Notes: generated by a model from the sequence alone, not told the origin. A DNA stretch of 64,000 nucleotides from Felis catus (GCF_018350175.1 NC_058368.1:89840001-89904000); one strand, 5' to 3'. Numbered from the stretch's first letter, positions 11,329 to 23,960 are shown. Numbers and translations are program-made.

Positions 11329-11949
11329 CCTGGTCCAGAGTGCTGACTAGGTTTCTGGCTGTTTTGACAACACCCCTGATAGAGGACACAGGAGGAACAG
11401 GAGCGGGGCAGGTGGTGGGAGAGACTGTGTTTCATTTGGGCCCCTGGGATTTGGGGTTTCCTAAGGACATCCAGGTGCACTATCTGCGAGGAGCTGGGCA
11501 TGTGCCTGAGCCTGGGGGTGGGAGGTGCAGGTGTAGGAGCCAGGAGCACCCCTGTGATGACTCAAGTCCCAAATACAGATGAAATCCCTCAGGGAGGGTG
11601 GGTGGCAGTGAGGGTGTCTGGGTGGCCCAGCCAATATGTGATGGAGTGGACTTGAACTCAGCCCTTCTGACTCCGATGAGAGCCAGGACTTGCCTGTGGT
11701 TCAGACCAGCGTCCTTGGTGCCACAGGGACTCTCGGGCTCCTGCCATCTGTCCAGAGCCCCTCCTCTGAGTAGCCAAGCCCTTGTAACAACTTATCTACT
11801 TGTCATCTCCACCCATACCTTGACTGGCATCTCACGCCTGTTTTGCCCCATCTATTCCACAGAACTCGGGGCCTTCTTCCCCCTGCTCCCTGAGGCTGCT
11901 GTCTCAGCTTCCCCTCAGTGGATGCAGGCTGTACCTGGGCATTCCCCAT

Positions 11950-12580
11950 CCTCACCCCCCAAGACCTGTGAATTCTGCTCCCCAAATCCATCCACATTTT
12001 ATTCCCAGCATTCCTTGCCCTGATCCAAGAACATATGTAAACTAGATGACTTCCATGACCCCAAAGTGGTATCCTGGGCTGCCGTGGTGACCTCTCCAAT
12101 CCACTCTGCCCATAACAGCCAGAGCAAGTTTCTCAAAAGCAAATCAGTTAGCACACACCTCTGCTAGGAACCTACTGGTGGCATCCTGAGGCTCCAGGAA
12201 CAAAGCCAAACCTGCCACCAGGCTCTCAGTGTATGAGATGCAGGGCCCAGTAACCTGTCACACTCTGTCTGGGCCCTCCCCACTGTGTCCTCTGACAGAC
12301 TCATGCCTTCCTTCACATCCCAGGTCTACTGGGGGAGGACTGAAGATCACAACAGGCTCCTTCCCTGAGTCCCCAGCTCAGAGATGCCTTGCCTCTTAGC
12401 TCTGTATTTAATGCATAGAGCCTTTCCTTCATCCCAGATCTCAAAGTCACCACGGTGTGTCTGCTCCTTCCGCCTGATTATTGTCTGTCTTTCCCCACAA
12501 CTATCAGTTCCACATAGTGAGGGCAGTGGGTGCCTACCATGAACTTGTGTTACTGCTGGTATTGAGTTCCAGGAAATCCA
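11950..12580 (+). mobile_element. Degenerate L2 fragment
   Basis: 'acagccagagcaagtttctcaaaagcaaatcag' and downstream text resemble the L2 3' region. Confidence 0.45.
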
Positions 12581-13562
12581 GAGAAATTCAGGAGACACTT
12601 CCTAGATGGCCTTCCTGAGATAAAGCTGGAAGAGGGGCAAAGCTCTGGGTTTGGGTAAGCTGTAGTTTGTAAGTAGAGACTCGTAGGCAGAGTCAACTGT
12701 GAGATGAAACTGGAATGTATTTATGGAGAGGGGAGAGACTGACAGGTCCAAATGGGAGTCATAGAGAATGCCTGGAGACGGGTCTGGGACGTGAACACTA
12801 AGCAAGGGTGATGGGGCCGGGCCCAGAAATCCCCAGAGGCCTCTGAGCAGAATCCAGGCAGTACTCCTAAACCATCTGCTCTGGCCCTGAGGCCTTGCCC
12901 CCTGACCAACCCTCCCCTCTGGTCCAGTCCACAGCCAGACTCTGCCCTTCCTGACCTGCTGCGCCCCTATCTGAGCCCACATCGGCTTCTCTGCCCTGAC
13001 TGCTGTCAGACTTTGTCAGACCTCCCATTTTCCAGATCAGTAATTACACTTACCCCCAAGGTTTGCCCTTTCCCATCTGGGGCCCATCTGGCCCTTCCTC
13101 CACCCACCCTAAGCTACTCCCAGCTAGCTCCCGCCTGCCAGGGATCCTCCAGTTTTCTTGTCTGTAAACTGGGGTGAGGGCGTCTCCTCTCAGGCAATCA
13201 GTGCAAAATGCTTCCTCCACCTTCCCCACTTCAAATCTTCTAGGCCAGTAGGGAGGAGACCTGCTGGGGCTGACCTGTGACCAGAAAATGGTTTCCACTG
13301 ACCCTGAAATTTCACCAGAGACACACCTTTCTTCTTGCACAACAGCTGGTGGGGTGTGGCTGCCTTCGTCACCCTTTCCCCTTAGCTGTGTCCATTCTTA
13401 TCTTGAGTGTGGGGCCCCAGGACACCTCTCTTACTCGTCTCAGGCCACCTCCAATCTCCAGGAAAGGCAGAATGTGCCAGTTGGCTGTGGGCACCGCCCA
13501 GAGCTTCCCAGCTGTGGCTGGTGCTGAAGGAGCAAGATAGGAGGGACAACCCACTCCACCCT

Positions 13563-13582
13563 GGAAAGCCCTGGGGAATTCC
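13563..13582. promoter_or_regulatory. Adjacent NF-kB-like sites
   Basis: GGGGAATTCC at 13573-13582 fits GGGRNWYYCC; GGAAAGCCCT at 13563-13572 reads AGGGCTTTCC on minus. Confidence 0.35.
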
Positions 13583-14133
13583 AAGATCATCATTGGCTCT
13601 AGCCCACGCGGTGCGCCCTGCCTTCCCTACACCACCCTGGCCTTGCCCACAAGCACCCTCAGCTGCTCCCCACTGTCTCACCCCCAGGCCCAGTTCTGTC
13701 CTCTGGAAAGCCTCCCTGATGACCCCAACCCCCAGGGCTCTCTCCTCCTGAGGATGGTGCTCCACTGAAAGCAGCACCTGCAATGGATAACATGGAGCCT
13801 TACACAGAATTTCTTTCAGTGATTCGGTGCTTTGTGGGGTGTGGGGTCTCGCCTTTACACCTTACCAAGTACTCAGTGCTTGGCGGCTGCCATGAGCCCC
13901 TTCTCCACCCACTACACCTCTCCAGGGTCTCCTGCTCTCAGGAACGGATCAGGGACACTCGTGAGCAGCCACGTTGGCCTACGCGGCGCTGAGGGATCAT
14001 TTGGGAACTCTCGACCCTCCAGTCCTGCTCCCCTGGGAGTGGATTAAGCCTAAAATATAGAAGTTTGAAGCCTGAGAGAGAGGTTGATCAGCCACAAAGC
14101 CAAGGGGCAAGAGGCAGGACAGAGAGGCTCCAA

Positions 14134-14151
14134 AGCGCCCTCTGCCGGCGG
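14134..14151 (-). promoter_or_regulatory. CTCF binding motif
   Basis: Minus strand CCGCCGGCAGAGGGCGCT matches core CCRSYAGRKGGCRS exactly, inside a locally CpG-retaining patch (~13950-14220). Confidence 0.65.
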
Positions 14152-14581
14152 CCTCTCATGGACCGGCGTATATCGCACTGAAAATGAACCGGTGGAAGTT
14201 TGGTTTGCAGGGACCAATCGGGCCTGGAGCTGCAGATCTAGGGATCACACCCTGGCCCAGGCACCTTCTCCAAACTCCATGTCACTTTAGGGGAACCGCC
14301 TGGGAGACCCGTTGGCCAACTCACATTTCAACAGTGCATTTAGCCTGCAAAGCATCCTTTCATAGCTGTCCTAACCCTAGTGCAGGCGAGTAAACAGGAA
14401 TTAGGGCCCCTCGTTTTGAGATCAGAGAGATTGAGACCGAATTCTCCAGTCTCGAGTAACAGGCATGTCTCCCTGTCCTGCTGCCCCCCCATTGCCTCTT
14501 TCAGCTGGGGAAGGTGAGGAAGGTCCTGTGGCAGGACTTGGTTGGCTCAGTCTGATCCCTACAAAGGAACAAAGACATTGG

Positions 14582-14622
14582 GCTGGGGCTGAGGCAGGTG
14601 CTGGGGCTGAGGCAGGTGCTGG
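14582..14622. repeat. 18-bp tandem duplication (gctggggctgaggcaggt)x2
   Basis: Direct reading. Confidence 0.85.
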
Positions 14623-16359
14623 AGAGGCCCTGTAACCCAAATGGCCCACCCGGTGGCCAGGTGCAGCCCCATAAACAGATCTGGGCAATCTGTTGGTAGT
14701 GGGAATGCGGTGGGGGGTGGGGGGGTGGGCAGTGCCAAAGGAGGTTGTAGCCAACGTGGGCATCTTTTGGTGAAGAATTTGCTCTCTCTGCCCACCCAGC
14801 ATCCACTCCCTCTTATGGTATGTTTCCCTTAGGGATCTCCCCTGTCCTACTCTCGGGATATGTGGTTCTATTGAGATCGCCTTTTCCAGCACCCGCGGGC
14901 ACAGGGCCCAGGCCCAAAGGCTGACTCAGAGAATTCCATTCCCTGCCAAAGTTATTGCTTCTGAGGTGGGCAGAAATTCAACCCCAGATGAAAAGTCCCA
15001 CCACTCAGGGACTTTTGTAGGGACTTTTTCCTGTGGATTTGTTAAGGAGGGCACATGAAGCACTGGGGACTCCTTGAGTGTGAAGCCAGGGCAGAGCTGG
15101 GAGAGGGTGGGATGGGGAGCAGAGGCACAAGCCTGGGGATAGGGTATCAACCACTAACCAGGCAATGTCTTTTATCTTGGGTCAAGTCTGTGCCCCTGCC
15201 CAGAAGAGTCCAGCAAGGCTCAGAGCCCAGTGGGCTGAAGCCAGAGCTTAGATGTCCTATAGTTATGGGAATTCACAAGGGAAGTTCTAGGTGGAGGCCG
15301 AGTGGACAGAAAGGTGGCCTTGAAGTGCGTGTGTGTGCGCACATGAGCAAGGGGGAGGGGGAGGGAGAGTCAGGGACTTGAGCCAAGAAATGAAGGAATT
15401 TTCTGATGGAACCAGAAGTCCTAAGCAGGATGCTGGAGAAGTCTAGGGAGTCTTCACAGTTAGGTACCAGGATCTCCCTCTCCTGCCAATGCTCAGATCT
15501 GCCACTAGGAGTGGGCAGGAGAGGGGCCTGCAGGAGGGAGGCAGCAAGGTGCAGAATGAGACTGGGAACATGGCCCCAATGCTTTCCTGAATAAATCAGC
15601 TTTCTCAGGGTCTACAGGACTGCTCATTCAGCGAAGACTCCGACTCACCCCGTCCCTGGAAGGTAGTGGATGCAGGAGTCGGATCAGACGTAACCCTGCA
15701 TTTCAGGTCTAGAATGGGAAGAGGAGGTGGGTCTGGCCCTCATGTCAGGTGCCCAGCACTCCTGTGTCCCCAGGCAGCAAGGCCTGCTTAGCCCAGGCCC
15801 CTGCAGGGGCCAGCAGCCCCACAATGAGCACCAATTTCTACCGTTCTGCTGCAGAAGGGACAGTCTCTAATCTCAAGGAGGCCCAGTCTAAAGGCAGATG
15901 TGTGGGCCCTGATATGTGAAATGGTCAGATGGGCCCGGAGCCAGGGGAACAGCAGAGGGACCCTGGGCTCCAGAGCTGGGGGTCGTGGCCCACTCAGAAT
16001 CTGGGGAGGAGCTGAGCACAAGTTGTGACTCCCACGCCCTCTCCAGCTGGCAATCCTTCAGGCCATACCAGGTTGCCCGGGGGCCTCACCCACCTGGCCC
16101 AGGGACATGAGGAACTGGGCTGCAGATGGCCTTGGTAACCAGCTGTGCCAACATGCTGACGTCTGATCTGGGGCGGGTCTAGGAGGCCCCTGGCTTGTCA
16201 GATAACCGAAAACAACAGCCTGAGGGGGAGCAGAGGTCTTCAGGGGCTGCTGGCTTTGGGTTCAACCCCCAGAGGACTCCTCCCTAGGCCCCTCCTGGTC
16301 CTCTCCACCAGCCAGCAGAACAGCCAGGACACCAGGTCACAGCTTCCTGGAAGAGATGC

Positions 16360-16827
16360 CCCATCGCTGCTGTGACAAATTATCACAAACTGGTGACTTA
16401 AAACAATGCCAGTTTAGTCTCTCATGGTTTTGGTGGCCAGAAGTCTGAAATCAGTTTCACTGGGCTGAAGTCAAGGGGTCAGCAGGCCTGGGTCCCTCTG
16501 GGTGTGCCAAGGGAGAATCTGTTCCTAGCCTGTCCCAGCTTCTGGTGGCTACAGGCATCCCTTAGCTTGTGACTGCATCACTCTGATCTCTGGTCAGTGG
16601 TCACATCACCTTTTCCTCTTCTATGTCTAATCTCTATCTGCCCTTCCTCTTTATGAGGTCACTTGTGGTTGCATTTAGGGCCTGCCCAGATGATCCAAGA
16701 TAATGTCTCCATTTTAAGACACTTAATTGAATCACAGCTGCCAAGACTCTTTCCACATAAGGAAATGTTAATAGGTTCTAGGGATGAGGATATGGGTATC
16801 TTTGGGGGCTATTACTCAGCCTACCAC
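16360..16827 (-). mobile_element. MaLR solo LTR (MLT1C/D-like)
   Basis: 'gctgctgtgacaaattatcacaaactggtgacttaaaacaa...ggccagaagtctgaaatca...tattactcagcctaccac'. Confidence 0.85.
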
Positions 16828-16907
16828 CCTCCCCTCTGTGTGGAGACCTCTGGTCCTGGAGCTGGAGGGTTGCTCAGCACAATGGGCATTAAAGAATGGG
16901 TTCCTGA

Positions 16908-17133
16908 GGGGCACCTGGGTGGCTCAGGTTGTTAAATGTCCAACTTCGGCTCAGGTCATGGTCTTGAGGTTCGTGGGTTTGAGCCCTACATGGGGCTCTG
17001 TGTTGACAGCTCAGAGCCTGGAGCCTGCTTTGGATTCTGTGTCTCCCTCTCTCTCTGCCCTTCCCTGCTTGCCCTCTGTCTCTCTCTCTCAAAAATAAAT
17101 AAACATTAAAAAATTGTTTTTAATTAAAAAAAA
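16908..17133 (+). mobile_element. Can-SINE
   Basis: Full body; TSD agaatggg. Confidence 0.9.
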
Positions 17134-18629
17134 ATAGAATGGGCTTCTGGGAGGAGGTAGCTCCCAGGGACACACCCACCCTCCAGTTGGGGGTGACCAA
17201 GGCCTCCACCCCACAGGCTGCCTGAGAGACCCTGCAGCATGGCAAACCAGGCAGCAGCAATTCCAGGCTGAGTAGTTTCCTGGTGTGTGGCTGAAAGTAC
17301 TTGATGCAGAGCCTTGAAGAACGTGACCCTCACTCTCCCAGTGCCATGGGGTGGTTGTTAGGGATGCAGACTCCCAGGCCCAGGAATCCAGATCTTTCAC
17401 AAGCTCCCAGGGGCTGAGGTGCTAGTGAAGTCAGAGGACTACCTCTACTGATGAACATAGGGCTCCCCTGAGTACCATTGTCTTGGGGGCTGCTTGTGTT
17501 CAGAGATTTCTCCCTCACCTCTGCCAACCAGGAACACGGGGGGTCCTGTGAGCTTTGGGGGACAGGGTGAGTCTAACAGACCCTCCCCAGTGTCAGGTGA
17601 GCATCAATGTCCACATTTTTACAGAAGTGTCCCCAAGCACAGAGCCCTCAGACCTCATCAGAGACAAGCCAATTGAGGTGGAAAGATCTCCACTATACCC
17701 CCAGAGACAGGGTCTGACCACTGTCAGGGTGGCTTCTCCCATCCTGGGCAGCCCTGTTGCTGGGAAGTGGTCTTCTGAAAAGAGAACACATTGGCCACGT
17801 TTTGGCCTGGGTGCCACCCCAAAGGATACTCAACTGTCTCTTCAGTTTGGTTGCTTACAAAGCCCAGATGCTCCCCATGGCCCCATGAATATCAGTGAAG
17901 GGTCCACCCCATGCCACATGTGTGGGAGACACCTCTGCAAACAAAGGGGGCAGATCTGTGGCCCCCTGGAGCTAGCCTCTTGGGAGTGGGTGTTTAGGAC
18001 TGAGCTCCTCTGCGTCTTCATTGGAGCAACAGGGATGAAAGCCCACCTCACGACCAGGACCAAGCAGGGCAGAGGACCTGGAGGGCTATCCCTCATTAAC
18101 TTCCATTTCTACTTGCCCTCCCTTTTCCAGGCTGGAGTCTGCTCCCAAGTGCTCAGGGGTTTGTCAGCAGCACTCTTGAGTCCTAACACAATATCACCCT
18201 CCTCACCGTGACCTCATCCACAACTGGTCACAAGTCAGCTTCCTGTACATGAGAGAGCAATGTCTCAGATGGGACAGGTGTCCAGGAGTTTATGTGGCTT
18301 TACCTCTGACTCCTGCAAGGGGCCAAGTGGGTATCCATTGTTTCCATGGGCACCATCATCACCCTTCCCTTTATTGCTCACTCTCTTCCCCATTCCCCAT
18401 GCTAGCTTCTGTCCTGGGCAGGGGAGACAGTAAGTGGAAGGAGACTTCCCAATAGGGCACAGGCCATGAAGCCGGAGGAGACTCTACCAGCTCAGGGATG
18501 TGGTGTTTCTGGACCTCAGCCACAAGAGACACCACTCAGGGCACCTCCATTCTTCCACAACACCGCGTTTGTGCTATTCCTCTTTCTTTTAAGGAAATTC
18601 TGCTATACGCACTGCTTCGTTCTGGCACA

Positions 18630-18990
18630 TGATCTGCAGATCTGCTGACCAGCTGCCACACACCAGGCATTGTTCTTGGCACTAGATATATAGCAGTGAA
18701 GGACCCAGACAAAGACACTGCTCCAGGGAGCTTATATTCTAGGGTGGGAAGGGAGAGACAGGACAAAAACAAGCACATGGGGACAGACACAGGAGCCAGG
18801 TGGTGGAGAAACAAAAGGCCAAGACCATGAGCAGCAGTTGCAAGAGAGAAGACAGGAAAAGTTTCCATCGAGAAGGGGACATTTGAGCAGAGACGGAGGG
18901 AAAGCAAGAGAGGGAGCCATTCTATCTGGGGAAGAGCCTTCCAGGCAGAAGGAGGCCAAGAGCAAGGCCTAGAAGTGGGTCCGTTCTTAA
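18630..18990 (-). mobile_element. L2 3' end
   Basis: 'ccaggcattgttcttggcactagatatatagcagtgaa...ggagcttatattctag' is typical antisense L2. Confidence 0.8.
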
Positions 18991-19373
18991 CTATGCCTTT
19001 GGGTCACCTGCAAGCCCCGTACCACCACCATCAGCCACAGAATTAGGCCCTTGACACCTGCTGGTTCAGTCATGGTACCCATCCCTGTGTGCATGCTGGG
19101 GGTGGGAGAGGGGGACAGGACTTTCCACCTAAGCCAGGTCAATGGGAGCTCCTTTCATGTGGAGCAGAGAGACATGGCTTTCCCTCCAGTCCTAGAACAG
19201 AGGCTGCCATGTCTCCACCCAGGGGAGAAGCTGTCTGCATGAACAAAGCCAACACATGCTCAGAAACTGATGGAGGAAAGGGGGAAAGGGGATGGCTGAT
19301 TCCTGTCATGATTCCAATTTTCCTAAAGACCCCTTTCCTCTGCCCTTCCTAATTTGATCTGGCTTCTGTGTTG

Positions 19374-19545
19374 TTATATACATATGATATATATGATATA
19401 TATATCATATATGATATATATGAGACATATGATATATATGAGCTGTGACACACAGAGCCCGATGCGGGGCTCGAACCCATGAATCATGAAATCATGACCT
19501 GAGTTAAAGTCAGACGCTTAACCAACTGAGCCACCCAGACGCCCC
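19374..19545 (-). mobile_element. Can-SINE 5' half (19441-19545) joined to an AT-rich (ATATATG-like) microsatellite
   Basis: SINE head ends at 19545; 3' half absent, AT repeat at 19374-19440 in its place. Confidence 0.8.
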
Positions 19546-19604
19546 TATATTTTTTATTTTCTGTTTATTACAAGGCTTTGGCATCTTTAAAAAAACAAAA
19601 CAAC

Positions 19605-20087
19605 AACAAAAAACCTTTCTGGCCAGGGAGACTATTCCTCCTGGGGCAGGCCAATTCTCTGAAATGGCAAAGGGCCCAACACAGAGAGCATGCCTTTGAT
19701 ATGCAAACTCCAAACCAACTGTTCGAGAGCCAGAGCTTCTCTACCTGGTCCCTAAAGCCCAGGAGACAGTGTTCCTCTGCCTTAATCATCCCAGGCCTGG
19801 TGACCCACTACTGGGGACCATCCCTGTAGCTTAAAGCCAAACCAGCCCATCCTAAACTGTCCACCTTGCTCTGCCTTGTCTTTCCCAAGGAAACCCCAAG
19901 AAAGACTCTGGCCCAGATTTCCCACCTCACTCTTGTCTTCTGCCTCCTGAGCACGCTGGTCTCTTTCCCATGTGGTTCTGCACAGTGTACCCTGCCTCCT
20001 GTCTCTAGAACCAGTGAGAATAATCAACTTTATTTTCCTGAGCCTCTTTTGGGACTCCTCTGGGGTCACCCCTGACTGACCATCGTG
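19605..20087 (+). mobile_element. ERVL-class solo LTR (MER73/MER74-like)
   Basis: 'gcctttgatatgcaaac', 'ttcccaaggaaacccc', 'actttattttcctgagcc...ggggtcacccctgac' recall that family. Confidence 0.5.
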
Positions 20088-20509
20088 TAAAAAAAAAAAA
20101 AAAAACAACAACAACCATGAAACATCTTTCTCTTCCCGTCCTTCCCTGACTTTCTCACATGTGAAACTCTTCTTTATTCTTTTAGATCCAGTTTCAGTGT
20201 CACCTTCTCTAAGAAACCCACCTCAACAGCCTCTCCTTCCCCAGCAGTCCTGTCACCCACAGCTCAGTAGTCGAATGGCAGGTATTTGGGGCAGAGATGC
20301 TCAATACTTGGTGTCACCCAGAGCCCAGTGCAACATTCAGAAAGCGCCAAGCAAGTCCAAATCAGCCGAGATGTCTCTTGGAATGGAGCTGGTCCAGCCT
20401 TTTAAAAGAGAAGAATCTGGCAAAATGTGGCAAGAACTTCAAAACTAGTACACCATTGCCCTAATACTTCTAGGAATCTGCTCTTTGCAAATAATCTTTA
20501 AAAATAAAA

Positions 20510-20735
20510 ATAAATCAACATATGGGAAGGGGGGGAGAGAAGAAAAGGAAGCAAATCACAAGAGACTCTTAATGATAGCAAACTGAGGGAGGTGAGTGGG
20601 GGATGGGCAAGATGGGTGATGGGTATTAAGGAGGGCACTTGTGATGAGCACTGGGTGTTGTATGTAACTGATGAGTCACTGAATTCTACTCCTGAAACCA
20701 ATATTGCACTGTATATTAACTAAATAAAATTAAAA
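20510..20735 (+). mobile_element. Carnivore L1 3' UTR fragment
   Basis: 'aagagactcttaa...gggtgatgggtattaaggagggcacttgtgatgagcactgggtgttgtatg'. Confidence 0.85.
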
Positions 20736-20739
20736 AAAA

Positions 20740-21103
20740 TTTTTAACATTTGTTCATTTTTGAGAGTGAGAGAGACAGAGCATGAGCAGGGGAGGGGCAG
20801 AGAGAGAGAGGGAGGGACAGAATCCGAAGCAGGCTCCAGGCTCTGAGCTGTCAACACAGAGCCCCACGTGGGGCTCAAACCCATGGTCATGGCTCAAGAC
20901 CATGACCTCAGCTTAAGTCCGACACTTAACCAACTGAGCCACCCAGGCGCCCCCAACTAAATAAAATTTAAATAAAAATAAAGAGGGGCACCTGGCTGGC
21001 TCAGTCAGTAGAGCATGTGACATGCTTGATCTCAGAGTTGTGAGTTCAAGCCCACGTTGGATGTGGAACCTACTTAATTATAAACAAACAAACAAATAAA
21101 TAA
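20740..21103. mobile_element. Can-SINE (-, 20740-20954) and short SINE (+, 20984-21103)
   Basis: TSD aactaaataaaatt around the first; head ggggcacctggctggctcag for the second. Confidence 0.85.
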
Positions 21104-21779
21104 ATTTCTGCCTAGAATGGCTTATCACACTGTTATTTGTTTTAAATTTATTATTGGTCATTGAAGTTATGCATGCACGCAAAGTAAAGACATAAGAAAT
21201 TGTGCAAAAAATATATCAAGAACAGCAGCCCCTTCATGTCCTGGTCAGGTTTTCTAGTTGGTTCTTTAGGCATTAACTTTCATACCTCTAAATAGCATGC
21301 TTATATTGCTACTTCTGGATTGTTTCATTTTAAGCTTTATTTATTGCATTTCTACAATGTAAGATGAAAATTTCGCTCACGTCCCCTCCTTCTCACGCCC
21401 ATCCCGACTTTAAATCCCTCATCTCCCAATATGTGCAGTTTTATTGTCATTTTAGCTAGATTGCTATTCAGGCACTGTATCATTATGTTTATGTAAATGC
21501 TATTCACAGCTGAACATGTGGTGCCATAATTACTTCTCCTTTCCTAGAACAGCCTTTTGTTTGCACTAGAGGTAATGACTGCCATCTATTTCTCTATGTA
21601 CTCATCACGAATTTCATCCCTAAACTTTTTTTCTACTTAGGCAAATCTCCTTTTGACTGTGTAAAATCATATTAGATGTCTTTGCACCTTGAACCTCTTG
21701 AGGAACTCTTTCCCAGGGCCTCCTGGTCCTCTTCAGTCTGGACAGGGGCTGGAATCTCCTGTCTTAGATCCTGTGTTGT

Positions 21780-23960
21780 TCTTTTTCCTTGTGCTATAAG
21801 CACATTCTCTAACAGCTTCTAGAAACCAAAAGCATGGGAGGTAATGCTTTTGAGGACCTGCATGCCTGAAAATGTCTTTAATTTACTCTTATACATAACT
21901 GACAGCTTTGTTGGATATAGATATCTAACCAGGGGTATATTTTCTCCCATTATTGTGATGGTGTGTGCTGCTTTCCCAGAGTAGTTATCGAGACATCTGA
22001 AGCCATTCTAATTGATTATCTTTTTTTAAAATGAAATCTGGTTTTTTGTTTTTCTTCTTGTCTAGGATCTTATAAAATATGTGCTTTTTATTCAGTATGC
22101 TAGAATTCTATTGTGATGTATTTTGGTTTGGTGTATTTTCATAAATTGTGCAGAGAACTTGTTGAGGAAGGTGTGCTCTTTTTTGGGAGACTTGTGTCAA
22201 TAATTTCTTGAATTATTCCTTTGGTCTCTCTGTTTCCTGTTTCTTCTTTCTGAAATTCCTGTTATCCAAACATTAGACTTCTTGGGCTGGATTATGTATC
22301 TAAAATTTTTTCCTTATATTTTCCATCTGTTTTCTGAACTTTATATTTCTGGGATCATATTTCTTAATATTGTTTTTTTTAATTTATTTTTTAAAATTTA
22401 TATCCAAGTTAGTTAGCATATAATGCAACAATGATTTCCAGAGTAGATTCCTTAATGCCCCATACCCATTTAGCCCATCCTGCCTCCCACAACCTTCCAG
22501 TAACCCTCTGTTCTCCATATTTAAGAGTCTCTTATGTTTTGTCCCCTTCCCTGTTTTTGTATTATGTTTGCTTCCCTTCCCTTATGTTCATCTGTTTTAT
22601 ATCTTAAAGTACTCATATGCATGAAGTCATATGATATTTATCTTTCTCTGTCTGACTAATTTTGCTTGCATAATACCCGCTAGTTCCATCCACATAGTTG
22701 CAAATGGCAAGATTTCATTCTTTTTGATGCCGAGTAATACTCCATTGTATATATATACCATATCTTCTTTATCCATCCATCCATTGATGGACATTTGGGC
22801 TCTTTCCATACATTGGCTATTGTGGATAGTGCTGCTAGAAACATTGGGGTGCATGTGCCCATTTGAAACAGCATACCTGTATCCCTTGGATAAATACCTA
22901 GTAGTGCATTGCTGGGTCATAGGGTAGTTCTATTTTTAGTTTTTTGAGGCACCTCCATACTGTTTTCCAGAGTGGCTGCACCAGCTTGCATTCCCACCAA
23001 CAGTGCAAAAGAAATCCTGTCTCTCTGCATCCTCACCAACATCTGTTGTTGCCTCAGTTGTTATGTGAGCCATTTTGACAGGTGTGAGATGGTATCTCAT
23101 TGTGGTTTTGATTTGTGTTTCCCTGATGATGAGTGATGTTGAGCATTTTTTCATGTGTCAGTTGGCCATCTGGATATCTTCCTTGGAGAAGTGTCTATTC
23201 ATGTCTTTTGCCCATTTCTTCACTGGATTATTTGTTTTTTGGGTGTTGAGTTTGATAAGTTCTTTATAGATTTTGGATACTAACCCTTTATCTGATATGT
23301 CGTTTGCAAATATCTTCTCCCATTCTGTTGGTTGCCTTTTAGTTTTGCTGATTGTTTCCTTTGCTGAGCAAAAGCTTTTTATTTTGATGAGGTCCCAATA
23401 GTTAATTTTTGCTTTGGTTTTCCTTGCCTCTGGAGATGTATTGAGTAAGAAGTTGCTGCAGCCTAGGTCAAAGAGGTTTTGTCTGCTTTCTCCTTGAGGA
23501 TTTTGATGGCTTCCTGTTTTACATTTAGGTCTTTCATCCATTTTATTTTTGTGTATGGCATAAGAAAGTGGCCCAGGTTCATTCTTCTGCATGTCGCTGT
23601 CCGGTTTTCTGAGCACCACTTGCTGAAAAGACTGTCTTTATTCCATTGGATATTCTTTCCTACTTTGTCAAAGATTAGTTGGCCATACATTTGTGGGTCC
23701 ATTTCTGGGTTCTCTATTCTGTTCCATTGATCTGAGTGTCTGTTCTTGTGCCAGTACCATACTGTCTTGATGATTACAACTTTGTAACACAGCTTGAAGT
23801 CCGAGTGGGATCATATTTTTAAGTTTTTCTTTCCATGCATGGTTTCTGCCTCCTTCAAGTTATTTGTTTGTTTGCTTATTAGTGTTGGTATCCTGACTTG
23901 ATATAGGAAAATTTACTCACATGTATGGTAATCCTTGACTATCCACTCACATCTAAAATG
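21780..23960 (-). mobile_element. Ancient L1/HAL1-like ORF1 region hosting a young L1
   Basis: 'tgcatgcctgaaaatgtctttaatttactc', 'tctgaagccattctaatt' are antisense ORF1-like. Confidence 0.45.
22368..23805 (-). mobile_element. 5'-truncated felid/carnivore L1 (ORF2 C-terminus plus 3' UTR)
   Basis: ORFs 22936..23154 and 23158..23619 are L1 ORF2 ([11 protein letters not shown]...[10 protein letters not shown]); TSD tgggatcatattt at 22350 and 23806. Confidence 0.95.

Noticed and set aside
10644..16110. Many overlapping 60-156 aa ORFs
   Set aside because: Expected by chance in GC-rich DNA; no recognisable domain or consistent exon structure.
17555..18211. Longest non-L1 ORF (218 aa)
   Set aside because: Non-ATG start, overlaps MIR-like sequence, no recognisable homology; a BLASTP or PhyloCSF test would be needed to revive it.
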